Source: Ostreococcus lucimarinus
Lineage: Eukaryota
Length of the DNA: 64,000 bases
Assembly (NCBI GenBank): GCA_000092065.1
Contig: CP000581.1
Strand: one strand, 5' to 3'
The notes under the pieces are model-generated. The model made no database searches. It saw only the letters and a list, made by a program, of their open reading frames with translations, and had not been told where the DNA came from. Numbering within the stretch: position 1 is the stretch's first letter; each line of letters starts with the position of its first letter. This document shows positions 51,503-63,100 of this stretch, piece by piece. The position numbers and the translations under genes are program-made.

Positions 51503-52807
51503 CTACTTCCAAGTGATGATCGCGTTGAAGAACTCATCGTAAGATAACGAGTCATCGCCATCGACGTCAAAAATGTCGAAGACGATTTTGGCGACTTCGC
51601 GACTGAGGTTGACGCCGGCGGTGCGCTTGGCGATTTTTCTAAACTTTTCTCTGGTGATGGGCGCGCCGGAATCGGAGATTTCCTTCATCTCGGCCTGGAA
51701 CGCCCCATCACCGTGTTTTGCAATGCGAGCAAAGGCTAGGAACTCCGCGCGGCTGACTCGATTCTTAGCCTCGCGCCCCGGAAGTTCCTTGACTTTTTGC
51801 AAAAACGTCGCGAGGTGGTCCACCTTCGAGCCCGCGACGAGGGCGTATCCAAAGTCTCGCGGGGTAATGGAGCCCACGTTGTGATAGTCGTAATGCTTGA
51901 ATTCTAGGTCATCCATTTCCCAGCGAAGAGTTTGAAGAAACGAGTGAAAGTGCTTCAACTTTAATCTCTTGTTGCGCTTCGGGCCAAACAAATAATCCAA
52001 CAAGCCTTCGCCGACTTCGTCCACTCTGGCGACCCCCGTGTCCAAGCCCGTACGCATACCAGTTGCGTGCTTGACTTGCGTGCGCATATCCTTCATCATC
52101 GCCGTGAACTCTTCAACGTCTAAAGCACCGGAGCCATCGACGTCGTACCTGTGAAACGTCGACGTCGCTTGCTTCCGATCCGTCTTCAACAGCGTCATAA
52201 AGAATAAATACTCCGCGAAATCAAACAACCCGTTGTTATCGGTATCGAAAAGCTCGAATAACTTACTGCGCATCACTTCTGTGCTCACCTTCTTCCCCAG
52301 CTCAGCGCTCCCATCCGTTTCACCGTGCAATTTCCCCGCTCGCGTCTCCCCGCTGCCCACCGCCGGGTGCAACGGTAACAACGATCGCACGAGATCGCTC
52401 AGCGTCATGTACGTGCTCCCATCTTGATGTACGCTCGCGAAGTAGTCAAAAACTTTTTCAGGCGGTGAAAACGCTCGCAATCGTCGTTCATAGCTAAAGA
52501 ACACATCCTGTTTGTACTCGTGCGAGAACCCGGAGTTGAGCTTGCCGAACTCGTTCGGGTAGTACTGCGCGCGTCGATCAAACCACTGCTGCCACGTCTC
52601 CTCCGGCCTCACGAGCGGTCCGTACGTGCGATCGAACGCGACGCCACCTCCCACGAGCGCGGCGACGCCGAGCGCGGCGCCGAACCCACCACCGCCACCA
52701 CCACCGCCGTTCGCATTCGTGGAATTATGACGCGAGATAATCGCCGACGCGCGCGTCAACGCGGTCGCGTGACCGCGCGCGGTGCGCCGCGCGATGACGC
52801 CGAACAT
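51503..52807 (-). CDS. MICU1: EF-hand mitochondrial calcium uptake protein (MICU1-like) with a presequence.
   Basis: The N-terminus MFGVIARRTARGHATALTRASAIISRH looks like a mitochondrial presequence. FSYERRLRAFSPPEKVFDYFASV...MTLSDLVRSLLP aligns to MICU1 ([20 protein letters not shown]...MTPEDFVRSITP). EF-hands are DTDNNGLFDFAEY, DVDGSGALDVEEF and DVDGDDSLSYDEF. Confidence 0.65.
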   Translation of the reverse strand: MFGVIARRTARGHATALTRASAIISRHNSTNANGGGGGGGGFGAALGVAALVGGGVAFDRTYGPLVRPEETWQQWFDRRAQYYPNEFGKLNSGFSHEYKQDVFFSYERRLRAFSPPEKVFDYFASVHQDGSTYMTLSDLVRSLLPLHPAVGSGETRAGKLHGETDGSAELGKKVSTEVMRSKLFELFDTDNNGLFDFAEYLFFMTLLKTDRKQATSTFHRYDVDGSGALDVEEFTAMMKDMRTQVKHATGMRTGLDTGVARVDEVGEGLLDYLFGPKRNKRLKLKHFHSFLQTLRWEMDDLEFKHYDYHNVGSITPRDFGYALVAGSKVDHLATFLQKVKELPGREAKNRVSRAEFLAFARIAKHGDGAFQAEMKEISDSGAPITREKFRKIAKRTAGVNLSREVAKIVFDIFDVDGDDSLSYDEFFNAIITWK

Positions 52808-52945
52808 ATCGCGCGTTCGTGTCGGCGCTTTCGAGACGGCGCGCGGGCGCGCTCGACGACGTGTGCGGAGACCTCACGCATGGTTGGCGTTGGCGCGAGT
52901 AATCCAAACCAGAGCGCGCGGCGGCGAGCGAAGTACAAAAGTCAA

Positions 52946-55180
52946 CTACAAATGTCTACCGGCCACGCGGTGGGGCTCGGGAATGAGCGCCTTGGTGCGC
53001 GATAATCGAGCTACCGTGACGAGCTTGTTGTCGATGGGAATGCTCGGATCGGCGAGCTCCAAGACGTCGATGCGCACCGAACGCCACTCGTCTCGCGAAA
53101 AGAGATGTTGATGACGTTGAATGGCCTGGTACAATGAATTCAAGGCGTAAATTAACATGCCTTGCTGCACCGATCGACGCTCAGCGATCTTTAAGCTGGT
53201 TAAGGCGCGCTCGGCTTCGTGAAGGAGCATGCGCATCTCTTCCCGATGTTTCGAGCGACGACGATGAGCGGAGAGCGAGAGCGACGCCTTCATCGCGAGC
53301 ACCGTGGTGTACATGCCGAGAGCCGCGGGAAAACAAGCCATGAGGGAAAAGTTAAGGCGGTTCGCCCGCATGAGTTGATCCATTTGCATCAACGCACCTT
53401 CCATCTCTACTTTCATGACTTGCGTTTGTAGGAGAAGCAGTTGCATGAGATCTCCTGCGAGCATGTTCGTCAGCGGACTCTTGAGTTCTTCTTCGACACG
53501 AGCCGTCACGAGGCGCGTCGGGTCGGGGGTGACTAAGACCTTTTCTTCGCCCTCACCTTTGCTTCCGCCGCCCACGGACTTGTATGCGCGATAGAGAGAT
53601 TCAGAGTAACCCGGTCTCGACGCTTGTTTCGTGTATTCACCGAGCATGCGATCAAGAGACGCCTTACTTTCTTCCAATCTCTCTATCGCGTCGTCCGGGC
53701 GATCTGAGACAAACGCCGCCTTGAGCTCATCTCGCAACTCTTTCACGGGATCGAGAATGCGCATCTTCAGGAACGTGATGAATGCAGCCTTCGCCGCGTG
53801 TAACGTGTTATCCAGATCATCGCTTCCACACAGGCGACTGTGACGAATCATCACCGTCGTCGAAATCACAAACGTCGCGCTGCCAATCGTGTACAGCAAC
53901 CACCGTCTGACGTGCTTCGACGGCTTCGCGTGAACCTCCAAAGCATCGTGCGATGAGTCGCGAACTTCCGACCACTCTTGCTCGACGCGATTCAACGCCT
54001 GCCAAATCGTATCATTCACCTTTGGCAGAGAAAGTGGCCGACCGTTGACGACGAGAGGCTGTCGGAAGCGATGCGCGACCGCGGCGTCTTCGGGCTGCTT
54101 GCTCAAGTCCATGCTCGCCAACCGCTGCAAGCGGCTCAAAGGACGCGTCGGTCCCGGAGACAGATCGCGATCAAAGTCACCACTCGATCGCGTACTCGAC
54201 CGTGGTGTGGGCTCGGGCAAATCGGGCATCATATCTCGCAACCGCTTACCGTGACTCAATCGATGCAGAGACTTTAACAACTTTGGCGAGTCTCTCGCCG
54301 CGAGCCGCGACGAATTTGACACTTTTGCCAAGTCTCCCACGGTTTCTCTCGACTTCGTCGCGTACTCTTTCACTTGTTCTAAACACTCTAATAAGCCATC
54401 CGTGGCCTCGATGATCGCCTGCCGCGTCATCTCTCTCGACTCACCGCCCATGCTCGCGCTCAACGAACTCTCCCCGCTCGCGTTTGCGACGGTGTCCGCG
54501 TGATGATGCACGCGGCCGACGACGCTGGCCAAGCTCACCTGCAACTCATTCAACGCGTTCACTCGCCCATCGATGATCACTCGCGCGCTCGCGCTCGGAA
54601 GCGCAAACTTTGCGTCCGTCCCGTTCAACGCCGCGCGCGCGTGACACCATAAACGATACGTCCCTTCCCTCGCGAGCGCCACGAAATTACTCGGCCCCGT
54701 GTTGAACAGCAAAAACCGCGCCTGCCCGCTCGGTCGATCTCTCAACACCTCCCAAAAGCTCAGCGAGCTCGTCGCGACGTGTAAATCAAGCAACAACTCC
54801 CGACTCATGTCCTGCGCGAAAAACAACGTCGCTCGCGCGGCGTGTCCGAGGTCGCTCGCCTCGCTCGCCTCCTCCGCTCTGCTTTCGTCGCCGTCGAGCG
54901 CCGCCGACACCGCGAACGCGTCCCTCCACCACACCGCGCTCGCGCCCGTGCGTCCATCCTTATCGAAAAACACCGGCAGCGATTTCACCGCGCGCGCGCT
55001 CCTCGCGCCGCGCTCTCGCGCCCTCGCGCGCGCGTGCGTCGCTCGCTTTCGCAGCTCCTTGGCCACGTCCCAAAACGACCCGTGCTCCCCTCGCGCCCGG
55101 CGCTTCTCCTCGGCGGCGTCCAGGACGTCGCGCGCGACGTCCCTGAACAACCGCCGCACCGGCGGTCCGTCGCTCGCCAT
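52946..55180 (-). CDS. Membrane protein, tentatively NCA2-like (nuclear control of ATP synthase).
   Basis: The ORF is 744 aa after trimming to the Met at 55180 (MASDGPPVRRLFRDV...). The C-terminal region has hydrophobic helices (NFSLMACFPAALGMYTTVLAMKASL) and conserved-looking blocks (MLIYALNSLYQAIQRHQHLF, EWRSVRIDVLEL). The family assignment is weak. The first 212 aa of the track ORF are Arg-rich and were rejected as an over-extension. Confidence 0.4.
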   Translation of the reverse strand: MASDGPPVRRLFRDVARDVLDAAEEKRRARGEHGSFWDVAKELRKRATHARARARERGARSARAVKSLPVFFDKDGRTGASAVWWRDAFAVSAALDGDESRAEEASEASDLGHAARATLFFAQDMSRELLLDLHVATSSLSFWEVLRDRPSGQARFLLFNTGPSNFVALAREGTYRLWCHARAALNGTDAKFALPSASARVIIDGRVNALNELQVSLASVVGRVHHHADTVANASGESSLSASMGGESREMTRQAIIEATDGLLECLEQVKEYATKSRETVGDLAKVSNSSRLAARDSPKLLKSLHRLSHGKRLRDMMPDLPEPTPRSSTRSSGDFDRDLSPGPTRPLSRLQRLASMDLSKQPEDAAVAHRFRQPLVVNGRPLSLPKVNDTIWQALNRVEQEWSEVRDSSHDALEVHAKPSKHVRRWLLYTIGSATFVISTTVMIRHSRLCGSDDLDNTLHAAKAAFITFLKMRILDPVKELRDELKAAFVSDRPDDAIERLEESKASLDRMLGEYTKQASRPGYSESLYRAYKSVGGGSKGEGEEKVLVTPDPTRLVTARVEEELKSPLTNMLAGDLMQLLLLQTQVMKVEMEGALMQMDQLMRANRLNFSLMACFPAALGMYTTVLAMKASLSLSAHRRRSKHREEMRMLLHEAERALTSLKIAERRSVQQGMLIYALNSLYQAIQRHQHLFSRDEWRSVRIDVLELADPSIPIDNKLVTVARLSRTKALIPEPHRVAGRHL

Positions 55181-55285
55181 CGCGCGTCGCGAGGCGACGC
55201 GCGTCGCGCTCTGGCGTCGCCGCTCGCCCGCCGTCGCGTCGACCGGGACGGTCGCGTCCCGCACCGCGCGACGCGCGCGCCCGCG
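55181..55285. promoter_or_regulatory. Putative ~105-bp bidirectional promoter between the NCA2-like gene (minus) and the JmjC/NTase gene (plus).
   Basis: The genes are divergent and both starts were trimmed to the first ATG that does not overlap the neighbour. Confidence 0.3.
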
Positions 55286-57139
55286 ATGCGCGCGGCGTCG
55301 ACGGCGTCGACGGCGTCGACGTCGGCGCCCTCGACGTCGGCGCCGACGCTCGGCGCGCGCGCGGCCGGCGCGCGCGCGCGCGTCGCCGTCGCGCTCGGTC
55401 GACCGCTGCGACCGAACGCGCGACGCGCGACGCTGAAGCCGCCGCCGATCGACCTCGAGGGAGGGGCGCCGACGGCGTGCGCGGAGATTGATTACGAACG
55501 CGACGTCGTCGCGGCGAACGTCGGCGCGCGCGCGCTCGGGGAAGCGCTCGCGCGGTTGCGCGAACCGCTGGTGGTCAGGGGCGGCGCGAAGGCGTGGCGC
55601 GCGAGCGGTCGGTGGACGCTGGAGACGCTCGTGCGAGAATACGGCGATTGGCGGTGCGACGTGCGCGTGATAGCGTCGCCGGAGACGAACGATGGACGGG
55701 AGTTCGTGTACTGCGAGGAGTCGCACGAGGCGGTGCGAGAGGGAAAGTTCGCGGCGCCGAGCGCGACGGCGACGATGGATTTCGCGACGGCGGCGGCTAA
55801 AGTTTTGAGATTTCACGGCGATGGGGCGTACGTGCAGTCAAAAATATCGGAGAAAATGACGCTGGAATGCGTCGGGGGAGTGAGCGATGCGTTCGGCGCG
55901 CTCGGTGAGGAGTCGCAGGAGCGCAGGCTGTGGCTCGCGCTCGCCGGGTCGGTGTCGCCGATGCATTTCGACGCGTCGACGAGCACGTTGGTCCAAGTCG
56001 GCGAAGGAACGAAGCGCATGCTTTTGTATCAACCATTCGCGCTTTCTGCGATTGACTTGTATCCAAATTGGCATCCTCTTCGTCGACGAGGAAGACGCTT
56101 CGCGCCGAAAGCCCTTGTTAGAGAGGCTATCATCGCGCCAGGAGACGCGCTCATTTTCCCTCCGCGCTGGGCGCACTACACTGAAAGTTGTGGCGATCGA
56201 GTGTCCGCATCGGTTACGCAGCGATTCAAGCACAGTCGCGGCATGAAGTACAGCGATGATATCGCAGGAAAATTTCAACGCTGGGCGAATAATCGCGACA
56301 GACCCAATGCGCTTGCGCGTCTCGTCTCCAGCGGGCTCGTGGAGTCTGACGTCGGCACAGTTTTGCCACGCAACGCACGCACGGGTGAAGTGATGCCGAT
56401 CGATTCGAGTGGTTGGGAAAGGTCGACAAATGTTGAGTGGCGCACTGCGGCGATCGAGTGCGCGACGATGATCAAAGAACACATCGCAGAGGGAGATTTA
56501 ATTGGGATTTATAGTCGTGGTTCCGTGGCAAATGGAACTGCGCGCAAAAATATTTCTGACGTTGACTTGATCGTCATCACTCGTCAACGCGGATTGGACG
56601 AAGACTTCGTGCGCGACGATTTACAGCAACGGTGGCTACCTCGTCACGCACACATGGTGAAGAAATGTGATGTTCGTTTTGAGTACGTCGCGTCGGAAGC
56701 AGAAATCGCAACGAGTGCTTCGGTGGATACTTTTGTCATCGCGACGCAAAGCGTAACCATTTTCGGATCACCCCTTCCAACTTCCCTGCCATCGAGCGCG
56801 CGAATTCCGAAGCCTCGAATTTTGGAAAGCGTGCAGGACGACGTCGACGCCGCGATTCGGCATGGTTCAGAACGCTCGCTCACGTGGGCGTTGAAACGTC
56901 TCATCAGGGCGTCCTACGAGAAGTATGCTTTGCCCGTTGATGGTGTTGAGTACACGAGAGATTTGTATCATTGCGTCAGATTAGCACTGCTGCACGCGAA
57001 TATTGATGTTACGAGCGAATTGACGACGGCCCTCGTGCTCTGCGTGCACTCGCCTCGTAAGGTGTGTGGCGATGTCTTGTGGAGAGCGCTGACCGAAGCC
57101 CTTTGTCGTCGTTTAGTAGCTGCGCTGAGTTGTATTTGA
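55286..57139 (+). CDS. JmjC/cupin-domain protein fused to a C-terminal nucleotidyltransferase-fold domain.
   Basis: A JmjC-type cupin reads WRASGRWTLETLVREYGDWRCDVRV ... SPMHFDASTSTLVQVGEGTKRMLLY ... IFPPRWAHYTES (H-x-D...H). The C-terminus DLIGIYSRGSVANGTARKNISDVDLIVI resembles an NTP_transf_2 GS...D.D motif and is followed by an alpha-helical tail. I trimmed the start to the Met at 55286; the track ORF from 54842 overlaps the neighbouring minus-strand gene. Confidence 0.6.
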   Translation: MRAASTASTASTSAPSTSAPTLGARAAGARARVAVALGRPLRPNARRATLKPPPIDLEGGAPTACAEIDYERDVVAANVGARALGEALARLREPLVVRGGAKAWRASGRWTLETLVREYGDWRCDVRVIASPETNDGREFVYCEESHEAVREGKFAAPSATATMDFATAAAKVLRFHGDGAYVQSKISEKMTLECVGGVSDAFGALGEESQERRLWLALAGSVSPMHFDASTSTLVQVGEGTKRMLLYQPFALSAIDLYPNWHPLRRRGRRFAPKALVREAIIAPGDALIFPPRWAHYTESCGDRVSASVTQRFKHSRGMKYSDDIAGKFQRWANNRDRPNALARLVSSGLVESDVGTVLPRNARTGEVMPIDSSGWERSTNVEWRTAAIECATMIKEHIAEGDLIGIYSRGSVANGTARKNISDVDLIVITRQRGLDEDFVRDDLQQRWLPRHAHMVKKCDVRFEYVASEAEIATSASVDTFVIATQSVTIFGSPLPTSLPSSARIPKPRILESVQDDVDAAIRHGSERSLTWALKRLIRASYEKYALPVDGVEYTRDLYHCVRLALLHANIDVTSELTTALVLCVHSPRKVCGDVLWRALTEALCRRLVAALSCI

Positions 57140-57196
57140 ATTATATTGTTTTTGTTTTTGTTGCAAAGCGTACGTGCTGTAGGTTTCTAGGTTAAC

Positions 57197-60100
57197 CTAC
57201 ATTTGCGCGAGGATAGCGCTCAAGGCCTCCGCATCGAGGCCCTTGAGTTCGCTCACGAATTGGGCGACTTGCGCGGCGCGTCCCTTGACCATGACATCCG
57301 CCATCACCTTATCAGAGCTGTTTTCAAGCAACGCAGCGACCGCACGGTCGTCGTTGGCGTTGACCCCCGAAGCAGCGATGGCATCTTCGACGAGAGCTTC
57401 GATTGACTTGTCGAGCTCAACGTCGCCAAGCTGCTCCTTGATCCTACTTGCTAACGCGTCCACGGCAAGTCTGCGCGTGAGCCTACCGTGGAAATAGCGG
57501 CGAGCGTTTTGCCACTCGACGACATCTCGAATGACTCCCTTGGCCTTCATGCGACCACTGCGATCGTGGAGATCGGCGAACTCGTGCGCGACTTGCGTGT
57601 ACATCGGCAAGAGGTTCGCTTCCCGCTTCTTGATCTCATCCTTGTTCTTCTCCGGATCCTCAGCCAAGTTGGCAAGGATCGGGTCCAACCGGTGCATCGC
57701 GGCGATCTGATCCTTGGAGCGGAACTTGACTTCGCAGATACCTGGCGGTTCGAGGATACCACCTCGAGATTCCTTATCCGCGTACATCTCCATTCTCGCT
57801 TCGTTGATGGTCGGGTCGACGACGACCCAAGCACCACCCCGAAGCTCACCGTTCGGCGGAATGTAGACGAACACCGGATGGCGGTACACTCGAAGTTCAT
57901 CGACAATCATCGCACCGAACTTCAAGATCTCTCCGTACATGTCCCGGGTACCGCCGCTGAAACCACGCCAGTTGGCAAAGATGAAGAGAGGCAAGTTTTC
58001 GGCGTTGTTGAAATCTCTGATAGCAGTCGCAGTCTTGTGAGCGCTGTCAGGGAACCACACTTGACCAGCTTGAGCCAAAACCGCTTCACGCGATTCCGGG
58101 TTGGCGGGGTCGGCGGGGATGCGTTGCTCCATCAAGCGAGTTTCGACGGCAATGACACCGCACGGAATACCACCAAGACGCGCTCGACCGGTGACAACGG
58201 ACTTACCCCAATCGGGCAACGTCTCAGTCCACGAGTTCACATCGAAGAAACCCTTAGCAAAAGCACCATTCGACTGCACACCCGCAAGCATGTTGCGAGG
58301 ATCGTACGGCGTCTTCGTCGGCATGAATTCAATGTCGCGATCGACCGGATCAGACGTGCGAAGCGCAGGCGCTTGCGACTTGGACGTGGCCGGAGTGTAC
58401 GACAACCACTTCAAGATGGACCGAACGCCCTCTTGGTCGTCAGACACTTGCAAGTGAGACACACCATTCGGCATCATGACTTGCGGGCCGCCGAGCTGAT
58501 CTTGGCTCGTGTAAACTTCACGGCCGAGCAGCTTGTTCAACGCCAAGTAACCGGTGAGGATGAGCGGACCATTCGTCATTTGAATGTTACGCTGGCCCAA
58601 GCGGCACAGGTAGGCACCGATACCGACAGATCGACCGGTGACGTAAGACAACGTGAAAGCGTCGGCGTACGCGGCGGATTGCTCGCCGGCAATCATACCG
58701 GAGCCTCGCAAGTTTTCGACACCGATGCCATGGATTTGACCGATGATGTCGGTAAGCTTCATGCGCGTTTCGCCACCCTCTACGATCTCTTCCGCCGCGA
58801 CGGTACCTTCCGGGAACACCTTATAATCGTCCGGAGTGAGGTAGAGGTACTTGAAACCCATGCCTGGATTGGAATCGTCAATCCACGCGATCTTGAAGTA
58901 CGGCTTGAGTTCCTCGACGAGACCGATGCGCGCGCCAGAGTTAGACGCGATGTACACTCGCGGCAAGCCCAAGTTGCGCGCATACTTGGAAACGGCGTCG
59001 TAGACATCGTCTTCCTTGACACCGAAAGAACCAGACATGTAGGTGCAATCATTACCGACGATGACGATTTCTCGGCCTTGGGGGTACTCGGGCGTTTTCA
59101 TAAAGCAATGCCAGCCAACCATGCCGACGTTGTTCGATCCCGCCGGGCGTTGTTCCTTCGTGAGCACTCCATCTTCGCCCAGGACGAGTTCGGAAGCACT
59201 GAAGAATTCACTTGGCATCGTACCACCGACATCGGCGACGTGAGCACGCCAGTCAAGAACCAAGGCCTTTTCGAAAAGACCGAGGAAGTCGAAAATGTAA
59301 GTCGTGCCGATCGCACGAGCCACGGCGCGCTTTTGTTGCAGAGCACCCGGTTGCGGATACGGCTCAAGGAAGCACGCTTGTTCTTCACCGTTCGGGCCGA
59401 GCATGCAGAACTGTTCGGCCTTGCCAGTCGTCGGCTCCAAATACTCCTTGTACATATCAACCTTCAACCACTGACCAGACATGGAGGTGGCCATGAGACG
59501 AAGCGGCACCTTCTCCTTGCCGACGCGGACGCGGATCTCAATTTCATCCACTCGTCGCGCGAGCAAAGACGCAGACTCGCGGCTGATGAAGTCGGCGAGC
59601 TTATTCTTCAGAGAAGAGATAGCAACGGAGAAGTTTTGTTCTTCGAGATGCGGCAAGAAGTTGACGTAAATTCTGGACGACGAAGCACCCTTGGCTCGGC
59701 TGTCCATCAGAGACAGAGACAACGCCTCGACGGCCTTGTCAAGAACACGCTCCAATCCGCCTTCCATGACATCCTTGGAATGAGAGAGACGGCGCAACAA
59801 CAAGTGCTTTGCTGGACCGCGCCGAGCACCGACCGAAGACTCACCGACGTACATGTGAAGATCACGGTTCACAGTCGGGAGACGAGTCAAGCCATAGTTC
59901 TCGAGACGAGCGAGTTCGAGAAGGTGAGCGACAGTGGGTCGTTCACCGCGGTACAGTAAGTCTTCCTTGAAATCCTTGGAAGAGTGGAACGTGTAGTACG
60001 ACGGAAGCTCGAGGTTCGCATACGCGAGAACGTTCACGAACTTAATGCCCATCGATTCAAGACGCGGCTTTTGCGTCGCGATGAAGGCCTCGAGATCACC

Positions 60101-63100
60101 CGGCAACGAATCGTCGGCGCTTTGTTGGCAAATTGCCACGTGAAGAACGTGCATTTGGTCGTTCGAAGCGCCGGCCGCCTTGATGGTGGCATCAAGTCGG
60201 TCCAAGATTGCGGTGAAACGCGACTTGGCTTCCGCAACATTGTCCACGCGCGCCAAAAGACCGCATCGGAGCGGGCTCTCATCCGGGAAAGTATTGAACT
60301 TGAACTGCCAGCTGATGGAAGTCATGCCATCATCGCGCGACACCGCGGTGCTGAGCACGTTGTGCGCACGGAAAACACGCTTGGCGTACACTTCAAGGGC
60401 AGCATTCTGCACCTTTTCATCCTTGTCCGCGAAGAGCGCAGGCAACAAATCAACGGCGAGAGTCGGCGACTCAACCAAAGACTGAAGACCACCCGCGCTT
60501 GCCTTGCCCCAGGTGCGCGACAACGGTTGCGAGCCGATGAGAATCTTCTTCAATTCTTCCAAGCGCTTGTCAATAGACGGCAAGCGACGCTCGATGAGAA
60601 TGTTGGACGCGACGACAGCGATATCGCCGTATTCGTTGCCGCGAAGCTTAGAGAGAGCTTCGATGTTTCCACGTAGAGAGTCGGAGATCGGGGCGTGATC
60701 GTCCGCCCATGAAATCGGACCTCGAGAAAGAACTCGCTGCGGCAAAGTCGGCGCTTGCTTCAATAGCGACAAGATGAGATCTTGACGCTGCTTGGATCGC
60801 ATATGCGCACGAACCTGATTCAACACCGGGGTCAAGTTGCTACTGTTCGAGCGAATCAATTGTTGCATGACAGCATCCATCGGCTTGCCTTCAAACACGC
60901 TTTCGACGCTGAGGTAACGTTGAATGATTTGCTCGAGCACAGTCGTCGCTCGTTCCCATCGGCCTTGATCTGCCGGAAGAGCAGTGAGGCAGTTGAACAA
61001 GTCAGAAACACATTCATCCGCATCGAGCTCATAACCGTCTAAGAGTAAGTTTACTCGCGCCACAGCAGCTTCGAGAGCTTCCTCCGGACCCGCCGGAGTA
61101 GACTCATCGGCGGGGATGCGAAGCGCACCAGAGAAAGTGCTGATCTTCTTTACCTTGCTCGGATCCTTCAACTCAAGCGACGCAAGCAAGTCACCGGCTT
61201 CGATAACGGCGCCAGCAGACTTGGCGTGAGACACATTGCCGCTTTCAGTGGCGATGAGGGGCATAACCATCTTCATCGCTTCGACTTCGGCGAACGGCTT
61301 CCCAGCCACGACTTCAGCACCGTCGTCTTGGAGGAAGCGAATGAGCTTACCAGTGACGTCGGTGCGAAGCTCAGATGGGTCGAAAACGTTCGGCAGTAGC
61401 CAAGTTTGACCGTCAAGAATCATTCTCAAGCCAAGCGGTTCCTCGAGACCCTCGACCTCGTGTTGTTCACCACCGAAAGTACCGACGAGGGCGCCATCCG
61501 GACGCTCGCGAAGCTTGGCTTCGATCTTCTGGCCTTCCGGAGTGACAATGCAGAAAGTATCCGGGCCCGGTCGAGTCACTTCGAAAGAGTACTTCGTGTC
61601 CTGGTACGTGATTTCGACCGGAAAGCGAATCATCTTGTCGACACCTTGCACAGACACCTGGCCCTTTTGCCAGAACTCCGTAAAGGCGCTCTCTTCAGCC
61701 TTCGCCATGTTGAAAGCACGGAACAAAGCAGCACCGACCACAATCATGTGCGGGTCTTGCTTGTTGGCGATTTCCTTCTTCGCGATCAACCCGTCCAACC
61801 AAGAGGTGTCGATGGTATTATCCTTGAACTCACCCGTTTCGAGAAGCTGAACCAAGTACTCGACGGCGGTGCGGATTTCACCGCGCACGACCATGCCCTT
61901 GAGAGCGAGCACGAGCGCCTTGCGCGCTTCGTTACGGGTTTTGCCAGATGCAAAGATGTGACCGAACTGGGAATCCGCAAACTCGTGTACGCCCCCATTG
62001 GTGCCGACAGAGAAGTAACCCCACACGTTGGGCGTAGACTGGAACTGCACGCGCTCGATGCCACCAGACGTCGGCTTGAAACCTTCATCCGGGTTCTCGG
62101 CGGTGATGCGCGCTGCGATGACGTGAGTTTGCGGCAAGATGTAATCTTCTTCCATGAAGTCAATACTGTCCGTCGTTTCCGTGTCACGCCCGTAAAAGGT
62201 TCGAATTTCCGGGATGCGCTCGAGCGGAATACCCATGGCAACTTGCAACTGCGTCGCGGGAAGGTTGACACCAGTGATGCCTTCCGTCACCGGGTGCTCG
62301 ACTTGCAAACGCGGGTTGAGTTCAAGGAAGAAGTACTTGTCTGTCGCTGCGTTGTACAAGTACTCAACCGTACCAGCACCAATGTAACCAATATTCTTTG
62401 TCAAACGCTGCGCTGCCTTTTCCATTTCTCTGAAAATTTCCGGCTTGGCAATCGTCGGAGGACCTTCCTCAAAGATCTTCTGGAATCGACGCTGCGTGGA
62501 GCAATCACGACCGTTCAAGGCAATGGCATTACCGTACTCGTCACCGACAATTTGCACTTCCAAGTGACGCGCCTGCGTACAAAGCTGCATCATGAACATC
62601 GGCGAGCCCGGGACTTCAGCCTTGACTTGCTCAAAGTTTGTTCGAAGCTGCTCTTCATCCGCGCTCATACGAATACCCTTACCACCACCACCTTCAGACG
62701 CTTTCAACATGACCGGGAAACCGATGCGTTTCGCCGCCGCGACGCACTCCTCGACCGTCGTGACCATCGCCTTGTTGAAAATTTCTTCCGGAATCGTGCC
62801 CTCCTCCGTCAACTCTGCGACGAGACCGTCGCCAGACCACGGAATAGACGGAACCTTGGCGGTTTGCGCCAAAATATTGGCCGCAATCTTATCGCCTAGC
62901 ACGCTCATCACCGGCGCAGTCGGGCCGATGAATTGCACGCCGATCGCCTTGAGCGAAGTCGGGAGCTTTGGATTCTCGGAAGCGTGACCCCATCCCGGCC
63001 AAACCGCGTCGACGCCTTCGCGCTTGGCGATTTCTGTGATCAAAGGCACGTTGGCGTAGTTGTTCTTGTTCGAACCACCCGGAACTTCGACGTAGTCATC

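Noticed and set aside
57488-62899. Long plus-strand ORFs (823 aa, 230 aa, 497 aa) antisense to ACC.
   Set aside because: ACC on the minus strand is unambiguous. The antisense ORFs lack any motif and arise from the same codon-bias effect.
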